The notes under the pieces: model-generated | Databases searched by the model: none | Told to the model about the DNA's origin: nothing | The model's input: the letters and a program-made list of their open reading frames with translations, nothing else | Made by a program: the position numbers and the translations under genes | Shown: positions 37,585 through 49,512 of the stretch, one piece after another | Position numbering within the stretch: position 1 is the stretch's first letter | Layout of the letters: every line of letters starts with the position of its first letter | NCBI RefSeq assembly: GCF_001194135.2 | Contig: NC_069003.1 | Coordinates: forward strand, 19,524,404-19,588,403 | Reading direction: 5' to 3' | DNA length: 64,000 nucleotides | Source: Octopus bimaculoides | Taxonomy: Eukaryota

Positions 37585-38190
37585 CATCATCATCGTTGTT
37601 GTCATCATCCACTTTTCCGTGCTTGCATGGGTTGGACATGTCTTTTCCAAGATACAGCATCTTGACATTTGTTGCACTCCTTTGTGAGGTTTGGTGTGGC
37701 CTGTGTCTGTTATGATGGTCCCAGTTGTCATCTCATCAAAATAGCACTGTCAGTGGTTGGACAGCCTGGTGTGCAAGTGTTTCTTCCCTGCAGGCTGTAC
37801 CTGTGGGCTATCCCAACACTGCTGGAGTTACAGTTCCCTCCTCTGTTCCATTCATCAGTCTCTCCTGTATAGGATGTTCATTAGGACCCAATCCTGGAGA
37901 ATATGGTAGGGAGCACATGTTGCTCATGCAGTGCATTCCCTCTCTCCAACTCACTGATGGATCCAAAGGAACAGCAGGGTCATTACAATTTGGTACCAAC
38001 ATTATCGCAAGAGTTGCCTAAACAAGGTTGTAAACAATGTTAAACAGTTTCAGAGGTTCCAACTCTTGATTTTTCCTCAGGGTTTACTCCTGAAACATTT
38101 CCATGGTTGCAAGGCAGTGGAGGTTGGGAATTAGGGCTTTCCTTCCCCTAGATATGATACCCCACCACCAGGTTAACAAACCTCATCATT
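37585..38190 (-). mobile_element. RTE-related non-coding segment: RTE-5'UTR-like motif, ~450 bp unassigned, then an RTE-type tail (ccaacccatgcaagcacggaaaagtgga-tgatga)
   Basis: tctaggggaaggaaagccctaattcccaacc (38122-38152, minus) resembles the RTE 5' motif TCTAGGAGAAGGAAAACTCTGAATTCAAACC. The tail is similar to the other RTE copies. Confidence 0.5.
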
Positions 38191-38194
38191 TGTG

Positions 38195-39050
38195 AAGCTT
38201 AACATCCTGAGATCAGCTTTCATTACTTTTGTCCATATTTTCCTTGGTCTTCCCCGCTTCTATATTTTCTATATTATATAACGTGGATATCCTGGCACAT
38301 CTATATTCATCTGTTACCCTCCATACACATCACCATCCTGTATAAACAGACTTTGTTCTTGTACACTACAATTGAGCCCTCTTATACCTAGTTTATCACT
38401 CAGCTTACCTGTACCACATCGTTCATACATACTAACATTACATATCCAGCAGAGAATGCTTGCTTCATTTCTCTCCTACTGGTACACATCTACATTCAAT
38501 ATCCTTGCATTTCACTGCTGCTCTGAGTATTAACTATTCTTGTACATCTGCCACATAATACAAACTCTTTATTCACTTGCTAGTTGCTTGCTAGTGATAT
38601 CAGCACACCTCTTAATCACCTATAATTCACATTATGCTAACTTCTCCTTTTCTAGATATGAAGCATGTCCATTTCCCTGATGGCACTAGAGTCTTGGATT
38701 CTTTTCTACTCAATAAATCTTTGATCTTCATCAAATTTACTCCAAGTTCTCTCAATTCGACATTTTACTGCCATGTCTGAAATTTCTTCTCTTAGTCTTT
38801 TAGAGACTCTGCTACAAAGACATATAGGAGTTCTTTCAGACAGCCATTCTATTACTTGGAGAACTATAATAAATAGTAGTAGGCTGAGAACTGAGATTTG
38901 GTGAATGCCTACCTGCACCCTAAATTGTTCACTGAATTCATTGGGTAACTCTCACTTTGCTGAATTTGGTTTGCACCACATCTATAAGCTATGCCTAGTT
39001 TTCTTGAAAGCCACCAGACTATAGATTATGTTTGCCTGTAAAATGCTAGG
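38195..39050 (-). mobile_element. RTE-clade LINE RT/C-terminal fragment, decayed
   Basis: NEFSEQFRVQVGIHQISVLSLLLFIIVLQ (GV.QGS.LSP.LF motif); ERNEASILCWICNVS..KLGIRG; RGRPRKIWTKVMKADLRML. Confidence 0.85.
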
Positions 39051-39130
39051 TATTGAGGATTATTTTTAGGTAAAAATTAACTTATATTAATAATACTTCT
39101 TACCTTACACAATATCATTGCTACTCATAA

Positions 39131-39213
39131 ATAACACCCACAGTAAAACCAACTTGTTGTTATTTGAGGTCTCTGACTGTAACTTGGAACAGCTTATATA
39201 AAAACAAAGAAAC
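39131..39213 (+). mobile_element. Fragment similar to the R4/Dong 3' UTR
   Basis: ataacacc..aacttgttgt..ttgaggtctctg..acttgga matches 34440-34500. Confidence 0.55.
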
Positions 39214-39305
39214 TCTGGAAGAAGCTTCGTGAAACCACTACTGAGACGCTTCCGAAAAAAGAAAACCGTTGGAAAACAGTTTATAGCAGAGACTCCAGCT
39301 AAGAA

Positions 39306-39341
39306 GATCTGAAGAAGGAATTGTAATTCCGAAATATCATT
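39306..39341 (+). ncRNA. Minimal type-I hammerhead ribozyme-like motif (Penelope-type), probably degenerate
   Basis: gat-CTGAAGA-a-GGAAT-tgta-ATTCC-GAAA-ta-TC-att: both core boxes, a 5-bp stem II, a palindromic ATAT stem III, an AUC cleavage triplet and only a 3-bp stem I. Confidence 0.4.
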
Positions 39342-41930
39342 GGACTATAGATAACCAAATTACAACAGGTATATAGTCCATTTTTTGTTTTATAGTGCAT
39401 TGTTGTACCATTCTAAATTTTTTATTCTTTACAACAATTAAAATAGAATAATAATAATAATAAGAGGTACAAGGCCTGAAATTTTTGCATAGGGATTAGT
39501 TGATTATATCAGCCCCAGTACTTGGCTGGTACATTATTTCATCAACCTTGAAAGCATGAAAAGCAAAGCTAACCTCTACTGCTGCCCAAATGAGGCAATA
39601 TTCTGAAATAGCAACAACAATAATAATAATAAACTAAGAGTAATAATAATTTCTGCATTGAATTTTTGTAATAACTTGTAAATAATTCCAGAGATGGAAA
39701 GCACAACAAACTGCTGTGATGCTGCTGTGATGATGATGACAACAATGATGAAGATAATAACAATGACTATTACCATGATAGTGGTGATGATGCTGACAAT
39801 ATCTATGTTGATGTTGTGGTAATGACAACAGTAATGATAAGGATGATGTTGATAACAATGAGGATGGTGATGATGATGATAACAATGATAATGATGGTGG
39901 TGGTGATGACAGTGACAATGATGATGCTGATGGAAGTGGTGATGACAACACTGACAGTGGTGGTGGTGATAAGAGGGAGGGGTCTAAAACCTAAAACCCA
40001 ATTAAAATAAAAAATAAAAAGACCATTACTAACTGTCAAAGTAAGCAAAGACAATTATCACAGCAATTCCAGGAAGCTAAGAGTGGTAGTCAGTATGGAA
40101 GGGCTTTAACTCAGTAAAAACAATATATAAAGTTGTTGTACTCGTTGTTATTTAGCCCAAGGTTAACCCCGAACAATGAGTCCTATAACCAAAAGCATTC
40201 CAACTATGACAACAACCTTGTGTTATTTTTAATTTTTAAGGCACAGGCTATCTAGTACTACAGTATCCAATAAGTGTTTCATGGTTTATAAAACAGTAAG
40301 ATATGATTTGAGTGAGATTTGACTGGTAGTCCAAGCATATCAAGATGCACATGATCTAGCTACTATTACCAGCAGATTGGTTGACCACAAAGAGGCTTTG
40401 CTCATTTGTTAAGTTGTTGTTGTTTAAAAGTCACACATGATTGAAAAGACTGATTGAAACAGTCCAGTTTCGACCATGCCATTGTTTCGTATATTCTATT
40501 TTCTATCCTTTTACTGGTTTCAGTTGTTGGAATATGACCTTGCTGGAGCATTGACATTTATTGAAGCAAACTGACCTCAGTAGTTGTTTTAAGTCAGGTA
40601 ATTAATCTATCAGTCTCTTTCTTGCTAAGTTATGGGGACATAAACATACCAACACTGGTTGTGAAGCAGAGAGACAAATACAAACAAGTACACACATACA
40701 TTACAAGCTTCAGTACAGTTTTTGACAACAAATTTGCTCAGAAGGAATTGATTGACCCAGGGTCATAGTAGAAGATACTTGCCCAAGATGCCATGCAATG
40801 GGACTAAACCCCAAACCGTGAATTAAATTTCTTAACTACACTGCCATGCCTATGTCTATGACTCTAGGACTTCATTAACAAAAGAGTCATTCTCTTCTTA
40901 CACTGGTAGGATGTAAGCTTGAGAGGAATCTAGGTTCTATTTCTAGCTTGCTGAGTGACTACACAGAGGCTGCATCTCTGACTTATAGTTTGTTGTTGTT
41001 GGTGGTTGTGGTGGCGATGATAGATGGTGATGTTTTCATTTTCATAGTTTATCAATAACCTCTTGTCTATTCCAGATAGATGGTCATATGCAGAGAGGGG
41101 AAGAAAGGAGAGAGGAGGAAGAGAGAGCGAGAGAGAGAGAAGATGAGAAAATGGTCCTCAAGTGTCCACACTGGTGCCATCCTGACTCAATCAATAATTT
41201 ACATATTAACTGGGCTGTTTGTTTGCAGCAGGGTAGGTTTGTTGCTTATGGTGTGGTATTAGGACCCTCATGGGATTCTCGAAAGATGACTTGTTACAAC
41301 TCTGAATTCTATTTTTATTAAGATGTTACTTTACATGGTAGTGTGATAAATGTGATAAAAACTTTCAAAGCATTAGATTAAGTCCTATTGATAATGCGCC
41401 TTTCTGTATTCTAAGAGCAAATTCTGGTGTGATTAGCTTCACTGGGATCAGTAAAATAAAGGGCAGTCAAGGAACAGGGTCAATTCTATTGAAGAAAACC
41501 TTTCCCATACAGATTTAGCACCATGAAACAAAGAAACAATTATCATAAGAACATGCCTCACACTACTTGTTTCAGTTCTTTCTGTTCTGAGTTCAAATCC
41601 TGCTGAGTTAAAAAATTTGCCTTTGGTCCTTTCAGAAATAAAAGTACTAGGGTCAATGTAGTCAACTTACCCCATCCCCTCAAAATTGCTGGTCTTGTAC
41701 CAAAACTAGAAATAATAATAGTTATTATTATTATTATTGTTGTTATCACTACTACTACTACTACTACATCAAAAGACTAGTTCTTATTTCTACTAATTAT
41801 TGTACCTTTGCTCTATATTGTCATATATTTTTTAAATCTGTTTTACATGTATTACATTTTTTCCTAATCCTTCCCTTGTTTATTGTATGTGTGTATATAT
41901 ATATGTGTGTGTGTATATGTGTGTGTGTGT

Positions 41931-42263
41931 GAAGGCGCATGGCTCAGTGGTTAGAGCGTTGAGCTTACGATTGTGAGGTTGTGAGTTCGAATCCCGGACC
42001 AAGCTGCGTGTCATGTTCTTGAGCAAGACACTTTATTTTACATTGCTCCAGTTCACTCAGCTGTAGAAATCAGTTGCAACATCACAGGCACCAAGCTGTA
42101 TCAGCTTTTGCCTTTCCCTTGGATAACACTGGTGATGTGGAGAGGGGAGGCTGGTATGCATAGGCGACTGCTGGTCTTCCATAAACAACCTTACCTGGAC
42201 TTGTGCCTGAGAGGGTAATTTCTAGGTGTAATCCCAGGGTCAGTCATGACTGAAGGGGGTCTC
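41931..42263 (+). mobile_element. tRNA-derived SINE family C, full length
   Basis: A box tggctcagtgg (41940-41950) and B box gttcgaatcc (41985-41994), followed by ~260 bp of non-tRNA body. An inverted copy lies at 47971-48276, with head fragments at ~5700-5860, 52540-52650 and 62395-62520. Confidence 0.88.
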
Positions 42264-42268
42264 AGCAG

Positions 42269-42299
<31 letters not shown>

Positions 42300-43054
42300 C
42301 AAATAGTAAATGAGTATATGCATATGTACGTACAGGTATGTGCATACCGACATCCACCTGTATGTATAGGTGNNNNNNNNNNNNNNNNNNNNNNNNNNNN
42401 NNNNNNNNNNNNNNNNNNNNNNNNNNNNNNNNNNNNNNNNNNNNNNNNNNNNNNNNNNNNNNNNNNNNNNNNNNNNNNNNNNNNNNNNNNNNNNNNNNNN
42501 NNNNNNNNNNNNNNNNNNNNNNNNNNNNNNNNNNNNNNNNNNNNNNNNNNNNNNNNNNNNNNNNNNNNNNNNNNNNNNNNNNNNNNNNNNNNNNNNNNNN
42601 NNNNNNNNNNNNNNNNNNNNNNNNNNNNNNNNNNNNNNNNNNNNNNNNNNNNNNNNNNNNNNNNNNNNNNNNNNNNNNNNNNNNNNNNNNNNNNNNNNNN
42701 NNNNNNNNNNNNNNNNNNNNNNNNNNNNNNNNNNNNNNNNNNNNNNNNNNNNNNNNNNNNNNNNNNNNNNNNNNNNNNNNNNNNNNNNNNNNNNNNNNNN
42801 NNNNNNNNNNNNNNNNNNNNNNNNNNNNNNNNNNNNNNNNNNNNNNNNNNNNNNNNNNNNNNNNNNNNNNNNNNNNNNNNNNNNNNNNNNNNNNNNNNNN
42901 NNNNNNNNNNNNNNNNNNNNNNNNNNNNNNNNNNNNNNNNNNNNNNNNNNNNNNNNNNNNNNNNNNNNNNNNNNNNNNNNNNNNNNNNNNNNNNNNNNNN
43001 NNNNNNNNNAAGGGAGGAAGTAGAAGAATAGGTGAGCAACGAGAGGAAAAGAGA

Positions 43055-43165
43055 AAGAGAGGAAGTACGAGGGGGAAAAAAGAGATACGTAGTAGTAACA
43101 GAGGAAGAACGAGAGGGGTAAAGCGAGATACGTAGTAGTAGAGAGGAAGAACGAGAGGGGGGAAA
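43055..43165. repeat. ~41-43-bp purine-rich minisatellite (2.5+ units, next to a gap)
   Basis: gagatacgtagtagta.agaggaagaacgagagggg repeated. Confidence 0.8.
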
Positions 43166-43416
43166 ATGATAGAGGAAGAGAAAGAGAAAGAGATAGAGTA
43201 GCGTCGGAAAATATGAAGTTACGAAAACTACTAACAATTGGAGACGCTGCGTTCAATCATACACACACATTCCAGGATATTTGTCATTTTCTATAAAAAA
43301 ATTTTGTATGCATTTGTAAACATGCATGCATGCATCAGGCACTGGTATCCCATGAAGAAATGACTATTAATTTTAACAATGATATTATTAAGACTATTTA
43401 ATTTCTTAGTTTTACA

Positions 43417-43450
<34 letters not shown>

Positions 43451-43968
43451 GACGGCAAACTGGCAGAATCATTAGCAAGCTAGGGAAAATGCTAAACAGC
43501 ATTTTATCTTGTCTTTAAGTTCTGATTTCAAATTCTGTTCAAAGCCAATATGCCCTTCATCCTTTTGGAGTCAACACCAGTTGAGTGCCGGAGTCAATGC
43601 ATTCGACTAGCCCCAACTCCCAAAAATTCAGGCCTTGTGCCTATAGCAGAAAGGATTATTAATACTATTATTCAATAACCTTATTATTATTGCATGCTTT
43701 TGCTACACTACAAAGCTCAGCTCTGTGTGCCTTAGCCATGTGCAGTGTTTTGTTTTCATTTTGTCTTTTTGTTATGACAACCAGTGAAGCTATATTTATG
43801 TAATATAGCTGTTCAGCAAAAAGAAACTGATGGAATAAGTACCAGGCTTAAAATAAATACTGGGGTTGATTTGATCAACAAAACCTTTCAAAGTGGTGCC
43901 CCAGTATGGTTGAGTTTAATAATTGAGACATTTATTCTACATAATATGTAAGCTCTAGATTTGTATTA

Positions 43969-44011
<43 letters not shown>

Positions 44012-46346
44012 GATGATGATAAGGGCGGTGTATCTAAGAGAATGCTGCACAATATTTATACAAGCTATTTATATTCAGAGTTCAAATCCTGCCAAGGTCA
44101 ATTTTGTCTATTATCTCTCCTTGGGAAAAATTTAGATAAATTGAGAGAACCGATCAAAGACTGGTTAATTTAAACAACTAATCCACTTCACCTCAAAATT
44201 TCTGGCCTCATACCAAAATTACAAAATTATTATTTTTATTAAGGCTGAAAAGATTGAGGACCAACACTTCCCTCTTCAGTCAAGTCTACATTGACGTTTT
44301 CAAGTTCCACTAAAAAAATATAGTAATAGTAGAGGGGTGTGGTGTCTCCCAGCAAAATTGTGAAAAGGTGGGTGATAGTGGTAAAAAGGTTTGGATTGAA
44401 TAGAATTACTCTAAGCATATTGATGTGAATTACTAATAATGTGAACTACTAATAATAAGTATATTAATAATCATGAACAACAGTGGGGTGAGGGCTTGTA
44501 CCCTTGGTGGTCAGTGTGACCCTTAATTTGTGGGGTTCCTTGACTGGCCTAATTAGTGACATTCCCGTATCATCCATGTGCATTCACATATTTTGTATAT
44601 TATGTTTACTTTTCATCCCATCTCTCTCCTCCTCAACATTTCTTCTAGTAATATTTTTATGTAAACTTCTACACAAATCATAAACTCTCCATGTGACATT
44701 TCTCTCATCAGATATCCCTGTGCCAAATAAAAGAAATTATTATTTTGATCATTAGGTGACAAGTTGGCAGAATTGTTAGCATGCTAGATACAATGATTAG
44801 TGGCATTTCATTTATCTTTACATTCTGAGTTCAAATTCTGCCAAGGTTGACTTTGCTTTTCATCCTTTCAGGGTTGATAAAATAGGTACCAGTTGAGCAC
44901 TGGAGATGATGTAATCAACATACCCAATCCTCCAAACTTGCTGGCTTTTGTGTCAAAATTTGAAACTGTTATTATTATTATTGGTGCCATGTAAAAAGCA
45001 ACAGTGCTGGTGCCATATAAAAAGCACCCAATATACTCTGTAAAGTGGTTGGTGCTTGCTAGGAAGGGCATCCAGCTGTAGAAAAACCAAACCAAAACAG
45101 ACTAGGGGACCTGGTACAGCCCTGCCCTTGCCAGCTCCTGTCTAGCAGTCTAATCCAAGCCAGCATCGAAAGCAGGCATTAAGTGTTGATGATGATGATG
45201 ATGATGATGATGTGGAGCTTATTTACAGTTAGAACTAACTACTTCGGAGTGATGAAGTTGTTCCTATATTTCTGTGATACCTAGTGATAGTTAGAGCCAT
45301 CTTGGACCAGTGAGTTGCTCCGGCACTCTGTGGTGATTTGAATCAATCAAGAGTCAAGTGTTCTGTCCATAGATATGATAACACAGTGTTGGAAACAGGA
45401 TACTAAATGCTGAACTTGCAGCAGACTGTCCTATACCCTATTCAAGTGGCCATTCACATCTTCCGTATAATGCTAGGAGGGGTGGGGATTAAATGAAAAC
45501 AAATAATAATCAATAATAGAACAAACCAAAGAAGGAGCATCTATGTTATCACTCAACGTGTTAAAAATAGCAGCTAAATCTCCCTCAGATCATACTTGTT
45601 TGCTTGGAGGGGGTGGGGGCGAAGACACACTAGATATCATTGTCTGAAGTTATGCTATGTCTGAAAAAGTCGAGGTGGTTGCAGCTTTTAATCAGACACA
45701 CTGGATCTGGGTCAACGTGGGACAAAACAACAGCAACATCAATAATGAAGATGCAATTTAAAAAATGATTAAAAAAAAAGTAAATAATATATATATATAT
45801 ATTTATGTAACATTTGTAATTAAAAACAAAAAAAAGAATCACTTACTCCAATCAACATCTTGGTAAGTCCGAATTACTTTTTGAGGCAATTTATGTTTCA
45901 TTGAATTAGTCCCAGGTGTATGTATATATTATGTTTGTGTGTGTGTGTGTATATGTATATATATATATTATATTCAATGAGTCGACAGCAACCATATATA
46001 TATATCGATATATATATATGTATGTACGTGTGTGTATTTTTGCTGCTGTTTGTATTATTTTTTTCTTTCCTTTTACTTTTATTTACTTCAGCAGAGGAGT
46101 GATGGTGGTGATGGTGGTGGTGACGAGTAGGATGAGGACACAAATATAGGGGTGGATATAAAGGGGTATGGGGTAGAGGTGGTAGCAATGAAGGCTTTTT
46201 CCTCTTCACCTTTGTTTTGTTGTTGTTGTTTAAATAAAATCACAGCTTCAAAGTATCGCCAATGTAATAAAGAGTAATGAACATTTTTCGTTGTCGTCGT
46301 TGTCATTTACCATTTCATTTTTATTTTATTCTTATTTTTATTTTAG

Positions 46347-46382
46347 TTACAAAAACGCAAGGAGGACAATGACAAGTTCCAG
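46347..46382 (+). other. Candidate 36-nt in-frame exon (LQKRKEDNDKFQ in phase 0, or YKNARRTMTSS in phase 1)
   Basis: Long T-rich tract ..cttatttttattttAG, purine-rich exon, CAG|GTGAAA donor. Length is a multiple of 3. No recognised protein. Confidence 0.3.
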
Positions 46383-47970
46383 GTGAAAAAAAAAAAGAAA
46401 AATTAAATAAATAAATCCCAAGCTTATTCAGGTAAAAACTAACAAGGCCATGACTACACGACGACTGTTCGCTGTACTGCCGCAGCACATGTTAATTAAC
46501 ATCACATACATACACACACACGCACAAATGCACACGTATACATACATGCATACTCACATAGATACACACAAACTACACTCGCATGAAAAAAAAACAACAA
46601 ACAAAACAAGAGATAAAGAAAAACAGAAAACAAAGGCCAGCAAAAAGCAAACAACAATAACAGTAATAGTGGCAGTAGCAGCAGAGAGGACGGCGATGGA
46701 GTTGGTGTGTATGCAACAACTTCTCAGTCAACAGACATACATACAGCTAACAACAACAGATAGAGCAAGCAGCATGTGTTGGGCTCTCTATATTGTAATG
46801 ATGAAGATGATCCAGAGAGTGTGTGGTGGTGGTGGTGGTGGAGGGGGATTGAGAAACAGCAGTCAAAGCAAATTAGATCGTTGGAGGTGGAGCTTATATC
46901 ATCATCATCATTATTGTTGCTGTTGTTGTTATTATTTTATATTAGACATTATGTTATATTCTATATTGTATGGTGTTGTGCTACTAGCAATGTTCAATCA
47001 ACTCCTACTGTTCCCCATTCCCTCTGCCACCATCACCACAACCATCACCGCTTTTCCTCGCCTGCCAAATTCATCCTGTTCTCCTCACCTCCGAACTACC
47101 AAAATGGGTTTGTTCTCTTCTAAAGCAGCATTATTGATCACCCTATGTGAAGATATTTTGAATAATGTTGGAGATTCACCCAAAAATGATATGTGTGTGG
47201 GGGAGGGGTGTATGGGAGGAGTGGAGAATCAGACAGACAGACAGATATGATGATAATATTATAACAAATCTTACACAGTAAGAGTCTTACCACCAACAAG
47301 GTTTAACAAATGTACAACTCGGACAGAATTATTCCATTCAACCAATCAACTTGGAACTCGTTAAAATAAAAGTTTTAACTAAACTAAAGAAGTTCACAAC
47401 TTTTATTTATAAATTTTCTCCTCTCCCCAACACTTTTCCTCTTCTCCTCTTCCTACTGCTCACTAAAATTAGATGTTTTGGATGACAGGAGGAGGTGGCT
47501 GTCGACAGTTTAGTAACAAAAAATTATTTTTCTTTTCTTTATCAATTTAGCAAATGAATTAATAAAAATAAAAAAAACTTACAAAGCACTTATATAATTT
47601 AATATAACCATGTGTCAGTTACGATTTTCATAAAACCAAAGAAAATAAATTAAAATAAAAGCCACAAACATAAAAAAACAATCAAATCCCAATTATTCTT
47701 TGAATGATGAAAATAACTCGAGAATCAATGTAAATTAGAAAATTAGATATATTTTTACATGGGTGGGGTGAGGGAAGTATAAATCGTTATTTCACTTCAA
47801 ATATAATTCACAGACAATGAAAAAGAGACAATTCAGATATCGCAGTCAACAATGATAATAAATATATGAAAGGTCTTAATAATTGTTGCTAATTTAGGCA
47901 CAAGGCAAGTAATTTTGAGGGGCGGGATTTAGTCAATATCATCAACTCCTGTATTTGACTTATAAAAAAA

Positions 47971-48276
47971 GACCCCTTTGGTCATGACTGGCTATGGGAT
48001 TGCACCTAATAAGTCCCCCTCTGAGGCACAAGACTGGGCAAGGTTGTTTATGGAAGACTAGCAGTCACCCATGCATACCAGCCTCTCCTCTCCACACCAG
48101 TAATGTTGTCCAAAGGAAAGGCAAAGGCTGATACAGCTTGGTACCATTAACATCGCAACTCATTTCTACAGATGAGCGAACTGGAGCAACATGTCTTGCT
48201 CAAGAACACGACACACAACCTGGTCCAGGAATTGAACTCACTATCTCATGTTTGTGAGCCTGATGCTCTAACCACT
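47971..48276 (-). mobile_element. SINE family C nested inside a family B copy (47885-47962 and 48277-48330)
   Basis: Reverse match to 41940-42263. The flanks are consecutive parts of the family B consensus. Confidence 0.75.
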
Positions 48277-48780
48277 ACAAAAGGATGAAAGGCATGGTTA
48301 ACCTTTGTGACATTTGAACTCAGAACATAAAGAGTGTGAACAGTTTTAATAATGGTTTCTAATTCAGACATGAGCTCAGCAGTTTTAAAAGGAGGGTGTT
48401 AGTCAAATAAACAGACTCCAGTACTTGAGCAGGACTTTATTTTATTAAATCTGAAATGATGAAAGGCAAAGTTGACCTCGGCAGAATTTGAACTCAGAAT
48501 GTAAAGCTGAAAGAAATGCTGCTAAGCATTTTTTCTGGAGTGCTGAGGAATGAGTTCTGATTTAGGGACAAGGCAAGCAATTTTGAAGTGAGGGTATTAG
48601 CTGAAGCCATTGACTCAAATACTTGACTAGTACTTTAATGCTAGCATGGAAAGCGGACATTAAACGATAATGATGATAATGATCCTGGAAGGGTGAAAGG
48701 CAAAGTTAACCTCTGTGAGGGTTGAACCCAGAATGTAAAGAAAGTGACTAAATAATAAGTATATTAATAATCATGAAAGA

Positions 48781-49020
48781 CTTGGTCAGAATTTACACTG
48801 GATAACATGCCATAAGTTTGGCCTCCTATATGAGAAGAACTAGTGGAAATATAACCCTGTCATAGTATTAGAAAATCAAGACATCACAGTTCTTCAAGAC
48901 TAGTATTCAAATGGATCAAGCTATTTAAACCGATAGACAAGATATTGTTTTCAAAAATCATATTGACAAAACATCAAAACATGTCAGCTCATAATTGGTA
49001 CTCTGCTGATTCTGACAAAA
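48781..49020 (+). mobile_element. Degraded R4/Dong-type fragment (zinc-knuckle to RLE region)
   Basis: LGQNLHWITCHKFGLLYEKN*WKYNPVIVLENQDITVLQD / IQMDQAI*TDRQDIVFKN, compared with the consensus ..LHW..C..YG....W..H.P..V.EN....ILWD..IQTD..I..NRPDI. Confidence 0.75.
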
Positions 49021-49157
49021 TGGGAAACTTTAAATAAATGTAGCATGAAAACTGGTGAAGCAGTGTGCACTCATGCATGTATGTGTATGTATGTATGTAT
49101 GCATATGTATATATAATATGTGTTATGATAATGATGCTTACCATGCTGCAATATATA

Positions 49158-49393
49158 CAGTAATCCTTTGACTGTCGCGGGTGTTATGTTCCAAAACCTC
49201 CCACAGAAATAATTAAAATCTAAAAAAATATAAATACCTATTGGTAGCAGAAACCTGCAATACAGCGAGGAGTCTGTGATATAAATTTACATATATTAGC
49301 CAGAAAAATCCATGATGTACTGAGTGCGCGATAAGTGAACTGCGATGTACTGAGTGCACGACAGGTGAACCATGATATGGCGATGGATTAATG
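49158..49393. mobile_element. Tigger/pogo-like MITE, TA TSD, with an internal 30-bp duplication (49314-49373)
   Basis: TA|cagtaatcctttgactgtcgcgg ... ccatgatatggcgatggattaatg|TA. Confidence 0.7.
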
Positions 49394-49466
49394 TATTGTG
49401 TTTTTAAGATAAGTCTATGAAGAAATTTTCTCTCAGACAAAAACGACAGCATCGTGCCTTTCAATG

Positions 49467-49512
<46 letters not shown>

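Noticed and set aside
41931-42005. tRNA gene (A and B boxes present)
   Set aside because: The acceptor and anticodon stems do not pair, there is no poly-T terminator, and it continues into a ~260-bp body repeated at 47971. It is a SINE head.
46450-47250. 266-aa ORF
   Set aside because: It is stitched from CA, GGT, CAT and TGT repeats with no domain-like segment. The region is flagged instead as a possible regulatory island.
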